Below are positions 29,762 to 39,422 of a DNA stretch of 64,000 nucleotides, piece after piece. Both the position numbers and the translations under genes were made by a program. The stretch covers positions 928,001-992,000 of the forward strand of contig CAVVLJ010000017.1 in assembly GCA_963749075.1 (NCBI GenBank), in the 5' to 3' direction. The DNA comes from an uncultured Pseudomonadota bacterium. GTDB lineage: Bacteria > Pseudomonadota > Alphaproteobacteria > JACZXZ01. Below the pieces are notes generated by a model. That model was given only the letters and a program-made list of their open reading frames with translations, did no database searches and was not told the origin of the DNA. The stretch's first letter is position 1, and every line of letters starts with the position of its first letter.

Positions 29762-31123
29762 TCAACGCTTGTCGAGGAAGCGCGGCGCCTTGATCGCCCG
29801 CTCGAAGTCGCGCGCGAGGCTGCCGCTCTCGAGAAGCACGACCTCGGGCGTCACCTCGAAGCGCCGCCGCACGCACTCGACGAGCGCCAGCCGTGCGCCT
29901 TCCGCGTCGGCACCCCGCGCGGTTTCGACGAGGAGGCGGAGTGCGTCGACGCCCTCCGTCGCCACGATCTCGACGCGGAAGTCGGCGACCGCCGGCTCGG
30001 CGAACATGGCGTCCTCGAACTCGGTGTGGTTGAGGTTGACGCCGCGCACCTTGGAGAAGCCCTCGGTGCGCAGCGCGTGATGCAGCACGGGGAAGACCGA
30101 GAAGGGATCGCCGCTTGCCGGCTGGCGCCGGAGCGTCACGATGTCGCCCGAGAACCAGCGCAGGAAGGGCGTCATCGTGTTCGACCAGAGCGGCGTCATG
30201 ACGAGAGCGCCCTCCTCGCCCTCTTTCACGGCAGCGCCCGATTCGGGATCGATGACTTCGAGGAAGAAGAGATCGGAGAACGCGACCATGCCCTCCATGC
30301 CGTCGCGCTCGACCGAGATCATGGCGCCCTCGGTCATGCCGAAGGAGTTGTGGACCCTGGCGCCCCAGCTGCGCTCGAGCTTGGCGCGCTTGGCGGCGGT
30401 GAGCGGTTCGGCGCTCACCAGGAGCATGCGCACGCCGAGCGTGCGGAGATCGACGCCGGCCGCCTCGGCCACGTTGGCGAGATGGAGCGCGTAGCTCGGC
30501 ATCGCCGCCACCACGCTCGGCCTCAAGGTGGCGATGAGCTCGATCTGGGTTTGCGAGGCGGTGGTGGTGCCGGCACCTGCCCAGAGCGTCGCCATGCCCT
30601 CCATCTCGGCCGAGCGCGGCAAGAGCTGGCCGATGGGATGGATGCCCATGGGGAAGGAGACGTGAAGGAGGTCCGCCGCACCGGCGCCGATGCAGGGCCA
30701 GATGCGCCGGAAAGAGACGCCCAACATGTAGCGCATGTCCTCCGCCGAGCGCGGATAGAAGAGCGGCTTTCCGGTCACCCCGCCCGAGCGCCAGAACTCG
30801 ACGGCCTCCGCAAAGCCCGCGATGCAGAAGTCGCGGTAGAACTCCTCGCTCGAGAGCTTGCGCAGCTCGTCCTTGGTGAGGAGCGGGATGCGGCGCCACA
30901 CCTCGGGATCGTCGAGCCGCGCCGCATCGATGCCGGCCAGGCGCGGCGCCAGAAGCGCCGAGCGCTGCGCCCGTGCGAAGGCGATGCGTTTCCGCTCGCG
31001 ATGGATCGCGGCAATCTCCGCGGCGCTCTTCGGCAGTGCGAGCGCCCAGGCGGGCCGCCCCGCGTCATCCGTCCTTGCCACGGCCTTCCCCCTCGCCTTC
31101 CCGAGCGCAGCATCGCACGCCAT
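29762..31123 (-). CDS. Phenylacetate-CoA ligase (PaaK)-like adenylating enzyme
   Basis: IPLLTKDELR, SGGVTGKP, PSYALHL, SAEP, FGMTE, EVIDP, KVRGVN; start uncertain. Confidence 0.8.
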   Translation of the reverse strand: MACDAALGKARGKAVARTDDAGRPAWALALPKSAAEIAAIHRERKRIAFARAQRSALLAPRLAGIDAARLDDPEVWRRIPLLTKDELRKLSSEEFYRDFCIAGFAEAVEFWRSGGVTGKPLFYPRSAEDMRYMLGVSFRRIWPCIGAGAADLLHVSFPMGIHPIGQLLPRSAEMEGMATLWAGAGTTTASQTQIELIATLRPSVVAAMPSYALHLANVAEAAGVDLRTLGVRMLLVSAEPLTAAKRAKLERSWGARVHNSFGMTEGAMISVERDGMEGMVAFSDLFFLEVIDPESGAAVKEGEEGALVMTPLWSNTMTPFLRWFSGDIVTLRRQPASGDPFSVFPVLHHALRTEGFSKVRGVNLNHTEFEDAMFAEPAVADFRVEIVATEGVDALRLLVETARGADAEGARLALVECVRRRFEVTPEVVLLESGSLARDFERAIKAPRFLDKR

Positions 31124-31285
31124 CGTGGGAAAATCAAATGCGGTTTGAATAATCTAATGCTGTTAGATAGATTTGCCGTCCGCCATGCCGCGGCGGCGGA
31201 GCCTCGGCTGACGCCGGGGACGCGCCGGCCGCCTTGTGGCACCATGCCAGGGGGAACCGGGGCAGCGGGGAGCGGGAGCCGCAGC

Positions 31286-32761
31286 ATGTGGAAGCCGCCG
31301 CAGCGCCTCAAGCACCGGCCGAGCCTCGGCGTCATGCCGAGCCGGGCCGAGGCGGCGCGCGCGCGGCTCTTCAGCGCGGTAGCACTCGGACCCGTTCGGC
31401 TGGCCCAGCGAACCTGGGTGCCCGCGATGGTGCCGTGGCGCGCGACCGAGGACGGCCTGGTGACCCCGGAGGTGCTCGCCTGGTACCGGCGCTTTGCGGC
31501 CGGCCGGCCGGGCGCCATCGTGGTCGAGGCCACGGGCATCCGCGACATCCCGAGCGGGCCGCTCCTGCGCATCGGCCACGACCGCTTCATCCCCGGCCTT
31601 CGCCGCCTCACAGACACGGTGCGCGAGGCGAGCGAGGGTCGTACGCGGCTCTTCATCCAGATCATCGATTTCCTCAGCATCAAGCGCCGCCCCGAGCCGG
31701 CCAAGTACTTCGCGCGCTTCCTTGCCGTGAGCGAGCGCCACCGCGCGCTCCTGGAAGCACCCGGCCTGCCGGAGGAGGAGGTGCGCGGGCGCCTTGCAGC
31801 GCTCTCCGAGGACGAGCTCGCTCGCGTGCTCACGCCGCGCGAGCTCGAGGCGTTGCGCTACGGCGCCCGCGAGCGCGTGAGCGACCTCGATCTCCCGCAT
31901 ATCCGCGCATTGCCTCGCGTCCTTCCCGGCCTCTTCGCCGAGGCCGCGGCGCGCGCCGAGGCTGCCGGCTTCGACGGCGTCGAGCTCCATTACGCCCACG
32001 CCTACACCATGGCGTCCTTCCTCTCGGCCACCAACGTCCGCGACGACGGCTACGGCGGCACACTGGGTGCGCGCCTGCGCCTGCCGCTCGAGGTCTATGC
32101 CGCGGTGCGCGCGCGGGTCGGCCGCGGCTTCGCCGTCGGCTGCCGCTTCCTCGCCGAGGAATGCATCGCGGGCGGCAGCCCGCTTGCGGACGCGGTCCAT
32201 TTCGGCACGGCCTTTGCGCGCGCCGGCATGGACTTCCTCTCGACCTCGCGCGGCGGCAAGTTCGACGACGCCAAGGAGCCGGCGGTGGGCGAGGCCGCCT
32301 ACCCCTATACCGGCCCGAGCGGCTACGAATGCATGCCGCAGCACCTCTCGGACGAGGCCGGGCCCTTCGGCCGCAACGCCGCCGCCACCGCCGCCATTCG
32401 CAGCGCCGTCCGCGCCGCCGGGTGTGCCACCCCCCTCGTGCTCACCGGCGGCATCCACAACTTCGCCATGGCCGAGCGCCTCCTTGCCGAGGGCGCCTGC
32501 GACATCGTGGGCGCCGCGCGCCAGTCGCTCGCGGACCCGGACTGGACGCGCAAAATCGCCCTCGGCCTCGGCGACACCATCCGCCTCTGCGAATACACCA
32601 ACTACTGCGAGGGCCTCGACCAGAAGCACAAGACGGTCACCTGCAAGCTGTGGGACCGCGTGGGCCTCGACGAGCCGGGCGTCCTCACGACCCCCGACGG
32701 CAGGCGCCGCCTCACCGCACCCGCCTGGGAGCCGCCGACCGACCGCGGGACGGAGCGCTGA
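31286..32761 (+). CDS. NADH:flavin oxidoreductase (old yellow enzyme family) with C-terminal Cys motif
   Basis: WVPAM, AGFDGVELHYAHAY, TNVRDDGYGG, ARQSLADPDW, CEYTNYC...C. Confidence 0.85.
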   Translation: MWKPPQRLKHRPSLGVMPSRAEAARARLFSAVALGPVRLAQRTWVPAMVPWRATEDGLVTPEVLAWYRRFAAGRPGAIVVEATGIRDIPSGPLLRIGHDRFIPGLRRLTDTVREASEGRTRLFIQIIDFLSIKRRPEPAKYFARFLAVSERHRALLEAPGLPEEEVRGRLAALSEDELARVLTPRELEALRYGARERVSDLDLPHIRALPRVLPGLFAEAAARAEAAGFDGVELHYAHAYTMASFLSATNVRDDGYGGTLGARLRLPLEVYAAVRARVGRGFAVGCRFLAEECIAGGSPLADAVHFGTAFARAGMDFLSTSRGGKFDDAKEPAVGEAAYPYTGPSGYECMPQHLSDEAGPFGRNAAATAAIRSAVRAAGCATPLVLTGGIHNFAMAERLLAEGACDIVGAARQSLADPDWTRKIALGLGDTIRLCEYTNYCEGLDQKHKTVTCKLWDRVGLDEPGVLTTPDGRRRLTAPAWEPPTDRGTER

Positions 32762-32906
32762 GTGTGCCTGCGCGTCAAGCACGGCAATTCGCTCAACATG
32801 GGCGCCGCACCCGGCCGCATCTTGCGGTGTGCGCGGGCTCGGACGACGAAATAGGACTGTAAAGCATCACTTGACGGCTTGCTCGTCTCGGGTCATCCTT
32901 GTCCGG

Positions 32907-33179
32907 GTGATCCGCAGCTTCCGCAGCAAGGCGCTCAGGGCCTATTTTGAGGGCGGAAATGCCAGCGGCTTGAGCGTGCAAAACGCTGCCAGGGTCGGGC
33001 GCATGTTGCGCGCGCTGGATGCCGCGACCAGGCCGGAGCAGATGAGCCTGCCCGGCTACTTCTTCCACCCCTTGCGCGGCGTGCGGCGGTGGTCGCTCCG
33101 CGTGAGCGGCAACTGGCGGATGACCTTCGGCTGGGACGGCGCCGATGCCGTGGACGTGGATTTGAAGGACTACCACTGA
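32907..33179 (+). CDS. higB: HigB toxin (RelE-like)
   Basis: MIRSFRSKALRAYF, PGYFFHPLRG, WSLRVSGNWRMTF, terminal DYH. Confidence 0.9.
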   Translation: MIRSFRSKALRAYFEGGNASGLSVQNAARVGRMLRALDAATRPEQMSLPGYFFHPLRGVRRWSLRVSGNWRMTFGWDGADAVDVDLKDYH

Positions 33180-33490
33180 TGAGCAAGCGAGCGGTCAAGA
33201 GGGCACTGCCGGCAATGCACCCCGGCGAGCTGCTGCGCGAGGATATCGTCCCGGCCCTCGGGCGTCCGCGCGCCGAGATCGCCCGCCTGCTCGGTGTGTC
33301 GCGGCAGACCCTGCACGCGATCCTCGCCGAGCGCACGCCGGTCACGCCCGAGATGGCGCTTCGCCTCGGCAAGCTGTGCGGCAACGGCGCAGAGCTCTGG
33401 CTCAACCTGCAGGCGCGTTACGACCTGGAAAAGCTGGGCAGGACCAAGCGCGCCGAGATCGCCGCCATTCCGACGCTGGCGGCTGAGTGA
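33179..33490 (+). CDS. higA: HigA antitoxin
   Basis: HPGELLRED, VTPEMALRL, WLNLQARYDL; TGATG coupling. Confidence 0.9.
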   Translation: MSKRAVKRALPAMHPGELLREDIVPALGRPRAEIARLLGVSRQTLHAILAERTPVTPEMALRLGKLCGNGAELWLNLQARYDLEKLGRTKRAEIAAIPTLAAE

Positions 33491-33502
33491 AGGAGCTCCC
33501 CC

Positions 33503-34234
33503 TCACCCGCCGAGATAGAACTTGCGGATGAGCTCGTTGTCGCCGAGCTCCTCGGGCGAGCGGCCTTCGAAGGCGATCCTGCCGTGCACGATGACGTAGC
33601 CGCGGTCGGCGATGCGCACCGCCTGGTTGAAGTTCTGCTCGGCCATCAGCACGGTGAGCCCGTAGCGCTCCTTGAGCTCCTTGATCTTCTCGATGACGTG
33701 GCGCACCAGGACCGGTGCCAGCCCCACCGAGGGCTCGTCGACGAGGAGGATGCGCGGCGCCGACATGAGCGCCCGTGCCAACGCCAGCATCTGCTGCTCG
33801 CCGCCGCTCATGCTGGCGGCGAGCTGGTGGCGGCGCTCGCGCAGGCGCGGGAAGATCTCGTAGCAGTACTCGAGGTTGCGCCCGAGTGCTGCGCGCGCGG
33901 CATTGCGAAAGGCGCCGAGCAGCAGGTTCTCCTCGACCGTGAGCCTGGCGAAGAGCCGCCGCCCCTCGGGCACCAGTGCGATGCCGAGCTCGACGATCTC
34001 CTCGGTCAAGCGCCCGACGAGATCGTGCACCGTGCCCTCGATCTCGGCGGTGATGCTGCCGGCACTCGGCCGCACGATGCCCATGATGCATTTCATGAGC
34101 GTGCTCTTGCCGTTGCCGTTGGTGCCGAGGAGCGCCACCGTCTCGCGCGCGCCGACCGTCAAGGAGACGTCCTCGAGCGCCCTGACCGAGCCGTAGGCGG
34201 CGTGCACGCCGGCGATTGTGAGGCTATTCGCCAA
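33503..34234 (-). CDS. Liv-type ABC ATP-binding subunit (LivF-like)
   Basis: GTNGNGKST, VPEGRRLF, MSGGEQQML, DEPS. Confidence 0.9.
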   Translation of the reverse strand: MANSLTIAGVHAAYGSVRALEDVSLTVGARETVALLGTNGNGKSTLMKCIMGIVRPSAGSITAEIEGTVHDLVGRLTEEIVELGIALVPEGRRLFARLTVEENLLLGAFRNAARAALGRNLEYCYEIFPRLRERRHQLAASMSGGEQQMLALARALMSAPRILLVDEPSVGLAPVLVRHVIEKIKELKERYGLTVLMAEQNFNQAVRIADRGYVIVHGRIAFEGRSPEELGDNELIRKFYLGG

Positions 34235-34961
34235 GGTAGGCCCTCAGCACCTCGGGGTCGCGCACGACCGCCTCTGGCGCCGCATCGGCGATCTTGCGCC
34301 CGGCCACCAGCACGATGAGGCGCTCCGAGAAGCTCATCACCGCGCGCATGATGTGCTCGATGAGGATGATGGTGATGCCGGCCTCGTTCAAGCGCAGGAG
34401 GAGGGCCAGGATGTCGTCGACTTCGGCGTGGGAGAGGCCGGCCATGGCCTCGTCGGCGATGAGGAGCTTGGGCTCGGCGGCGATGGCGCGCGCGAGCTCG
34501 AGCTTGCGCATCTCGACCTGGGAGAGATCGAGCGGCCGCCGGCCCGCCTTGCCGGCGAGGCCCACGAGGCCCAGGAGCTCGTCCACGCGCGCGGCGATCG
34601 CGGCGGCCGAGAGGCGATTGCCCGCCCGCGCGTTCACCGTATAGAGGAGCGGGATGCGCAGGTTGTCGGCGACCGAGAGGCTGGCGAAAGGCCGCGGCAG
34701 CTGGAAGCTGCGCGCGATCCCCAGGCGGATGCGCTGATGGGCGGAGAGCCCGTCGATGCGCCCGCCCGCGAAGCGCACGCTGCCCGACTCATTGCGCAGC
34801 GTGCCGCAGAGGCAATTGACGAGCGTGCTCTTGCCCGAGCCGTTGGGCCCGATGAGCCCCACGCGCTCGCCGCCTGCGACCTCGAGCGTCACGGCGTCGA
34901 GCGCCACGAAGCCGCCGAAGTGCTTGCTCAAGGACTCGACCTCGAGGAGCGGGCGCGCCAT
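34224..34961 (-). CDS. Liv-type ABC ATP-binding subunit (LivG-like)
   Basis: GPNGSGKST, ARSFQ, IEHIM, AYLG. Confidence 0.9.
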   Translation of the reverse strand: MARPLLEVESLSKHFGGFVALDAVTLEVAGGERVGLIGPNGSGKSTLVNCLCGTLRNESGSVRFAGGRIDGLSAHQRIRLGIARSFQLPRPFASLSVADNLRIPLLYTVNARAGNRLSAAAIAARVDELLGLVGLAGKAGRRPLDLSQVEMRKLELARAIAAEPKLLIADEAMAGLSHAEVDDILALLLRLNEAGITIILIEHIMRAVMSFSERLIVLVAGRKIADAAPEAVVRDPEVLRAYLGE

Positions 34962-35905
34962 CAGCCGCTCCGCCCTCTGAGACGCTCGGCGAAGAGGCCG
35001 ACGATGCCGTTGGGTGCCGCGATGACGAAGCCGACGAGCAGCACGCCGACGATCAGCAGATTGGCGGCCGACGAGATGGTGACGGTCGCCACCTGCTGAA
35101 TGGTGCCGAGCAGCACCGCGCCGATGAGCGGGCCGAGCCAGGTGGTGGTGCCGCCGATGAGCGGCATGGCGATGCTGTTGACGGCATAGGCGAGGCTGAA
35201 GGCCGAGGCCGGATCGAGGTAGGTGACGTAGGCGGGCAGCGGCGCACCCGCCATGCCCATGAGGGCGCCGCTCAGCGTCGTGGCGGCGAGCTTGAGGCGG
35301 AGCGTCGGCACGCCGAAGGCCTCGGCCGCCTGCTCGTCGTCGCGGATGGCGGCGAAGCCGAAGCCGAGCCGCGAGCGCTCGAGCGCGCGCGCGAGCGTGA
35401 GCGCCAGGACGGCGAGCGCCAGCATCACGAGGAAGAGGTACTGGATGTAGTTGCCGAGGAGCGGCACCTGGGCCGGCCGCATGACGTAGGCGCCGCGCGC
35501 GCCGCCGACGAAGTCCCAGTTGACGATGAGGGTCTGCATGACGACGGCGAAGGCGAGCGTCGCGATGGAGAAATAGACGCCGCGCAAGCGGAGCGTGAGA
35601 TAGCCCATGCCGAGGCCGACGAGTCCCGAGACGGCACCGCCCACGAGCATGAGGAGCGGCAGCGGCAGCGGGAAGAGCTTGTGGAGCACGACCGAGCTGT
35701 AGGCGCCGAGCGCGAAAAAGGCGGCGGTGCCGAAATTCACGTACCCGGTGTAGCCGCCGAGGATGTTCCACGCGGTCGCCAGCACGATGTACTGCAGCAC
35801 CACGTAGCCCGCGAAGAAGTAATACTCGTTGTGGAGGAAGCGGCAGAGGGCGAAGACCGCCGCGGCCACGGCGAGGGCGGCGAGGAGGAAGCCCGGCGAG
35901 CGCAC
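34961..35905 (-). CDS. Liv-type ABC permease (LivM-like)
   Basis: WNILGGYTGYVNFG, LRLRGVYFSIATL, AIRDDE. Confidence 0.9.
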   Translation of the reverse strand: MRSPGFLLAALAVAAAVFALCRFLHNEYYFFAGYVVLQYIVLATAWNILGGYTGYVNFGTAAFFALGAYSSVVLHKLFPLPLPLLMLVGGAVSGLVGLGMGYLTLRLRGVYFSIATLAFAVVMQTLIVNWDFVGGARGAYVMRPAQVPLLGNYIQYLFLVMLALAVLALTLARALERSRLGFGFAAIRDDEQAAEAFGVPTLRLKLAATTLSGALMGMAGAPLPAYVTYLDPASAFSLAYAVNSIAMPLIGGTTTWLGPLIGAVLLGTIQQVATVTISSAANLLIVGVLLVGFVIAAPNGIVGLFAERLRGRSG

Positions 35906-35909
35906 CGGC

Positions 35910-36785
35910 CTAGCGCCCGAAGAAGCCCACGGGGCGCACCGCGAGCGTGACGAGAAGGATGCCGAAGGCGACCGCCGGCGACCACGAGGGGCCGTAGAAG
36001 GTCGCGGTGATGCTCTCGACGACGCCGAGGAGGAGGGCGGCCAAGAGGGTGCCGGGCAGGCTGCCCATGCCGCCGAGCACGCAGATGGCGAAGACGCGGC
36101 CGATATAGTCGCGGCCGACCGAGGGCTCGACCGGCTGGATGATGATGAGGAAGGCGCCGGCGATCCCGGCCGTGGCGATCGAGATGCCGAAGGCCAGGCG
36201 CTTGATGCGGCTCGGGCTCACCCCCATGAGGCGGAGTGCGAGCTGGTCCTGCGACACGGCGAGGATGGCGCGGCCGATGAAGCTCTTCTGGAGGAAGAGC
36301 TGGAGTGCGCCGAGCAGCAGCAGCGAGATGGCGAAGGGTACCAGCATGCGAAGCGGCAGGATGACGAAGCCGAGGTGGAGGCTGGCGCCGATGTAGGGCG
36401 CCTCGACGTAGCGGTAGTCGACGCCGAAGACCACTACGAGGGCGACCTCGGTGATGAAGAGCAGGCCGAAGAAGAAGGCGAGTCCGCGCAGCGATTCCTG
36501 GCCGCGCCGCTCGAACGAGAGGTAATAGACCTGATAGACCGCCGCACCCAGGAGATAGAAGGCCGGCGCCATGACGACGCTGGCCAAGAGCGGGTCGAGG
36601 CCGAGCGTCGAGTTGACGAGGTAGGTGATGTAGGAGCCGAGGATGATGAAGGCCGGGTGCGCGATATTGACGATGTCGAGCATGCCGAAGGCGATCGAGA
36701 CGCCGACCGTGACCGCGGCGTAGAAGCCGCCGAGGAGTAGCCCCGCGATCACCGCATTGGCGAGGAGCTCGAACGAGCCATCCAT
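35910..36785 (-). CDS. Liv-type ABC permease (LivH-like)
   Basis: FGMLDIVNIAH, GRAILAVSQD, VLGGMGS. Confidence 0.9.
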   Translation of the reverse strand: MDGSFELLANAVIAGLLLGGFYAAVTVGVSIAFGMLDIVNIAHPAFIILGSYITYLVNSTLGLDPLLASVVMAPAFYLLGAAVYQVYYLSFERRGQESLRGLAFFFGLLFITEVALVVVFGVDYRYVEAPYIGASLHLGFVILPLRMLVPFAISLLLLGALQLFLQKSFIGRAILAVSQDQLALRLMGVSPSRIKRLAFGISIATAGIAGAFLIIIQPVEPSVGRDYIGRVFAICVLGGMGSLPGTLLAALLLGVVESITATFYGPSWSPAVAFGILLVTLAVRPVGFFGR

Positions 36786-36946
36786 CCACGAATCCGCCCT
36801 GCCGGCCGTCTTTTGTATTCTCGGCGCCTCTTGCGCCCTAATCTGGAGGAAGTTCGCGCCCTTGGCTAGTAGCCAGCGCAGTGGCCGCCAGCACACATGG
36901 GGCCCCCACACAGGGCTGGACCAGCCTTCCTGGTCGGCCTTGGTAT

Positions 36947-36972
36947 TGTATATACAAACATATAGTATATAG
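36947..36972. promoter_or_regulatory. AT-rich palindromic operator/promoter (TTGTATATACAA) of the brnTA module
   Basis: Perfect 12-bp palindrome in an AT island just upstream of the brnT ATG. Confidence 0.5.
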
Positions 36973-36975
36973 GCG

Positions 36976-37274
36976 ATGAATGTTGCCGTATCGGAATTCG
37001 ATTGGGACGACGGCAATCGCGCAAAGTGCGAGAAGCACGGCGTCTCGCCTGAAGATTAAGCGAATCGCTTTCGCCGTCGTCATGCCCGCGAAAGCGGGCA
37101 TCCAGGGCCGCCAAAACAGCGCGTTTTCCGACGCTTCTGGACACCCGCTTTCGCGGGTGTGACGACAGTGGGAATGAGTTTGGAGCACGAATTCCCGAAC
37201 AACTCCTTGGTAGCGCCCGCTACATGCACAGGAAGGAGGTCATGAGCCATGAAAAAGAAAATCCCGACCTTTAA
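36976..37274 (+). pseudogene. brnT: BrnT toxin remnant: N- and C-termini present, middle replaced by REP-containing DNA
   Basis: 36976-37059 MNVAVSEFDWDDGNRAKCEKHGVSPED*; 37212-37274 SARYMHRKEVMSHEKENPDL* overlapping the antitoxin start. Confidence 0.8.
37076..37166. repeat. Intact REP/REPIN-like inverted palindrome pair
   Basis: GTCGTCATGCCCGCGAAAGCGGGCATCCAG...CTGGACACCCGCTTTCGCGGGTGTGACGAC. Confidence 0.88.
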
Positions 37275-37512
37275 GACCGACGCGGAAGCCGAGCGTTTCG
37301 TGGATACGGCGGCCCTCACCGAATACGATCTTTCCGGCCTCAGGCCGGTCAGATTCGAGTTCGAGAAAAAGACCGAGCAGATCAACATGCGCCTGCCGAA
37401 GCCTTTGCTTGAAGCCGTCAAGAAGCGCTCCAGCGCGCGCGGCATTCCCTATACGCGCTTCATTCGCGAGGCCGTGGAAATGGCGCTTGCCCGCCCCAGG
37501 AAGCTGCGATGA
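37249..37512 (+). CDS. BrnA/CopG-family antitoxin
   Basis: KIPTFKTDAEAERFV, INMRLP, GIPYTRFIRE; strong AGGAGG RBS. Confidence 0.85.
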   Translation: MKKKIPTFKTDAEAERFVDTAALTEYDLSGLRPVRFEFEKKTEQINMRLPKPLLEAVKKRSSARGIPYTRFIREAVEMALARPRKLR

Positions 37513-37648
37513 GCGGGGCTTTGACGGACATTTGAGGCGGCGCCATAGAGCGCGAATGGGACGCCTGGCACCGCGTCCTCCCCCTCGCCACCTCCTTCCG
37601 CGCGGGCGCAAACTTCCCTAAACTCGCTCGCCGCGGAAGGAGGAGCGA

Positions 37649-38833
37649 GTGGCCGCACCACCAGCCGAATACGCCCGCATGCTGGCCCGCGCGCGCGAGC
37701 TGGCGCCGGCCTTGCGCGCACGCGCGGCCGAGGCCGAGGCATTGCGCTGCCTCCCCGAGGCGAGCGTGCGCGAGCTCCACGAGAGCGGGCTCTTCCGCGC
37801 CTTCCAGCCGAAGCGCGTGGGCGGCGGCGAGCTCGCTTACGGGCTTTTCATCGATGCCGGTGCGGCGCTCGGTGCCGCCTGCGGCTCGACCGCCTGGGTG
37901 TGGGGCAATCTCGCAAGCCACCACTGGATGCTCGCCATGTGGCCGGAGCGCGCGCAGGCAGCACTCTGGGACGCCGACCCGGACGTGCTGATCGCCTCGT
38001 CCTTCGTCTTCCCGAGCGGGCGGGCGCGGCGGGCGGCCGGCGGCTACGAGCTCGCCGGGCGCTGGCCCTTCGCGAGCGGCATCATGCACTCGAGCTGGGC
38101 CATGCTCGGCGGCCTCGTGGCGGCCACCGACGGCGGGCCCTCCGAGCAGCGCATGTTCCTGGTGCCCGCCGCGAGCTATCGCGTCATCGACACCTGGCGC
38201 GTCTCCGGTCTCTCGGCCACCGGCAGCCACGACATCGAGATCGACGGCGTCTTCGTCGAGGAGGCCTTCACCCTCGCGGTCGAGCCCACCAAGCGCGCCC
38301 TGTCCCCGGGCCTCGCGCTCAATCCCGGGCCGCTCTACCGCATCCCGGTCTTCGCCACCTTCCCCTATATCCTCGCCGGCCCCCTCCTCGGCATCGCCGA
38401 GGGTGCCGTCGAGCATTACGTGGCGAGCGCCAGGGAGCGCGCCTCGAGCTACACCGGCCAGCGCATCGCCGAGCATGCGCCGGTGCAGATCAAGATCGCC
38501 GAGGCGAGCGCCGCCGCCGCCGCGGCCCGGCTCATGCTGCTCGCGGACTGCAGCGAGATGATGGCGATCGCCGCGGCCGCTGGCGCCACGGACGAGGAGC
38601 GCCGCGCGCGCTACCGGCGCAACCCGGCCTTTGCGGCACGGCTCGCCACGGGCGCCGTCGACGTGCTGGTGCAGGCGGCCGGCGGCGGCGGCCTCTATGC
38701 GCGCAATCCCCTCCAGCGCGCCTTCCGCGACGCCCATGCCGCGGCCGCGCACATCTCGCTCGTGTGGGACGTGGCGGGAGCACTTTACGGCCGCGTCGCC
38801 CTCGGCCTCCACTCGGGGAACGCCACGATCTGA
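37649..38833 (+). CDS. Flavin-dependent monooxygenase oxygenase subunit (HsaA/C2-HpaH-like, acyl-CoA dehydrogenase fold)
   Basis: FQPKRVGG, CGSTAWV, GRWPFASG, DTWRVSGLSATGSHD, LQRAFRDAH. Confidence 0.85.
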   Translation: MAAPPAEYARMLARARELAPALRARAAEAEALRCLPEASVRELHESGLFRAFQPKRVGGGELAYGLFIDAGAALGAACGSTAWVWGNLASHHWMLAMWPERAQAALWDADPDVLIASSFVFPSGRARRAAGGYELAGRWPFASGIMHSSWAMLGGLVAATDGGPSEQRMFLVPAASYRVIDTWRVSGLSATGSHDIEIDGVFVEEAFTLAVEPTKRALSPGLALNPGPLYRIPVFATFPYILAGPLLGIAEGAVEHYVASARERASSYTGQRIAEHAPVQIKIAEASAAAAAARLMLLADCSEMMAIAAAAGATDEERRARYRRNPAFAARLATGAVDVLVQAAGGGGLYARNPLQRAFRDAHAAAAHISLVWDVAGALYGRVALGLHSGNATI

Positions 38834-38843
38834 CGGACAGAGC

Positions 38844-39299
38844 TCACGCCGCACCCGAGGCCATCACTGGCGCCTTGCGGCCCGCGGCCTCCGCGGCGGC
38901 GAAGTTGAGCTCGACCTTGACGCCGTTGGGATCGATGAGGAAGAGCTGGTAGAGCCCCTCGCTATCGACCCGGCGCTCGCGGAACTCGACCTTGAGCCGC
39001 TCAAAGTGCGCGATCGTCTCGGCGAGGCCGGTGGCGCGGAATGCCACATGGTCGATGACGCCCGAGCCGCGCACCGCCTGGGACTCCTGGCCGAGATAGC
39101 GCAAGCGCTCCGCCGAGGCCTTGCTGCCGCCCTCGGTCAGGTGCAGCACGGCGCAGTCGCCGATATAGAGCCAATGGACGGGAAAGCCGAAATCCGGATG
39201 CGGCCCCTCGCGCATGCCCAGCACGCGCACGTACCAGTCCCTCGTCGCCTCGAGGTCCTCGGGCTGGAGCAGATAATGCTCGAGATGGGCGAGCGGCAT
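38844..39299 (-). CDS. VOC/glyoxalase family protein
   Basis: HLEHY, PDFGFPVHWLY, IDHVAF, QLFLIDPNGVKVEL. Confidence 0.85.
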   Translation of the reverse strand: MPLAHLEHYLLQPEDLEATRDWYVRVLGMREGPHPDFGFPVHWLYIGDCAVLHLTEGGSKASAERLRYLGQESQAVRGSGVIDHVAFRATGLAETIAHFERLKVEFRERRVDSEGLYQLFLIDPNGVKVELNFAAAEAAGRKAPVMASGAA

Positions 39300-39422
39300 G
39301 GGCCGGCCTCCGTCGCGCGCGCGGCGCTTTGCCCCGGCTATTCTTCCTCTGGCATTCTTCCTCTGGCGCGGAGCGCGGGATTGGGCATAGGATAGCGCAA
39401 AAGCGAGAACCAGGGAGGGACT

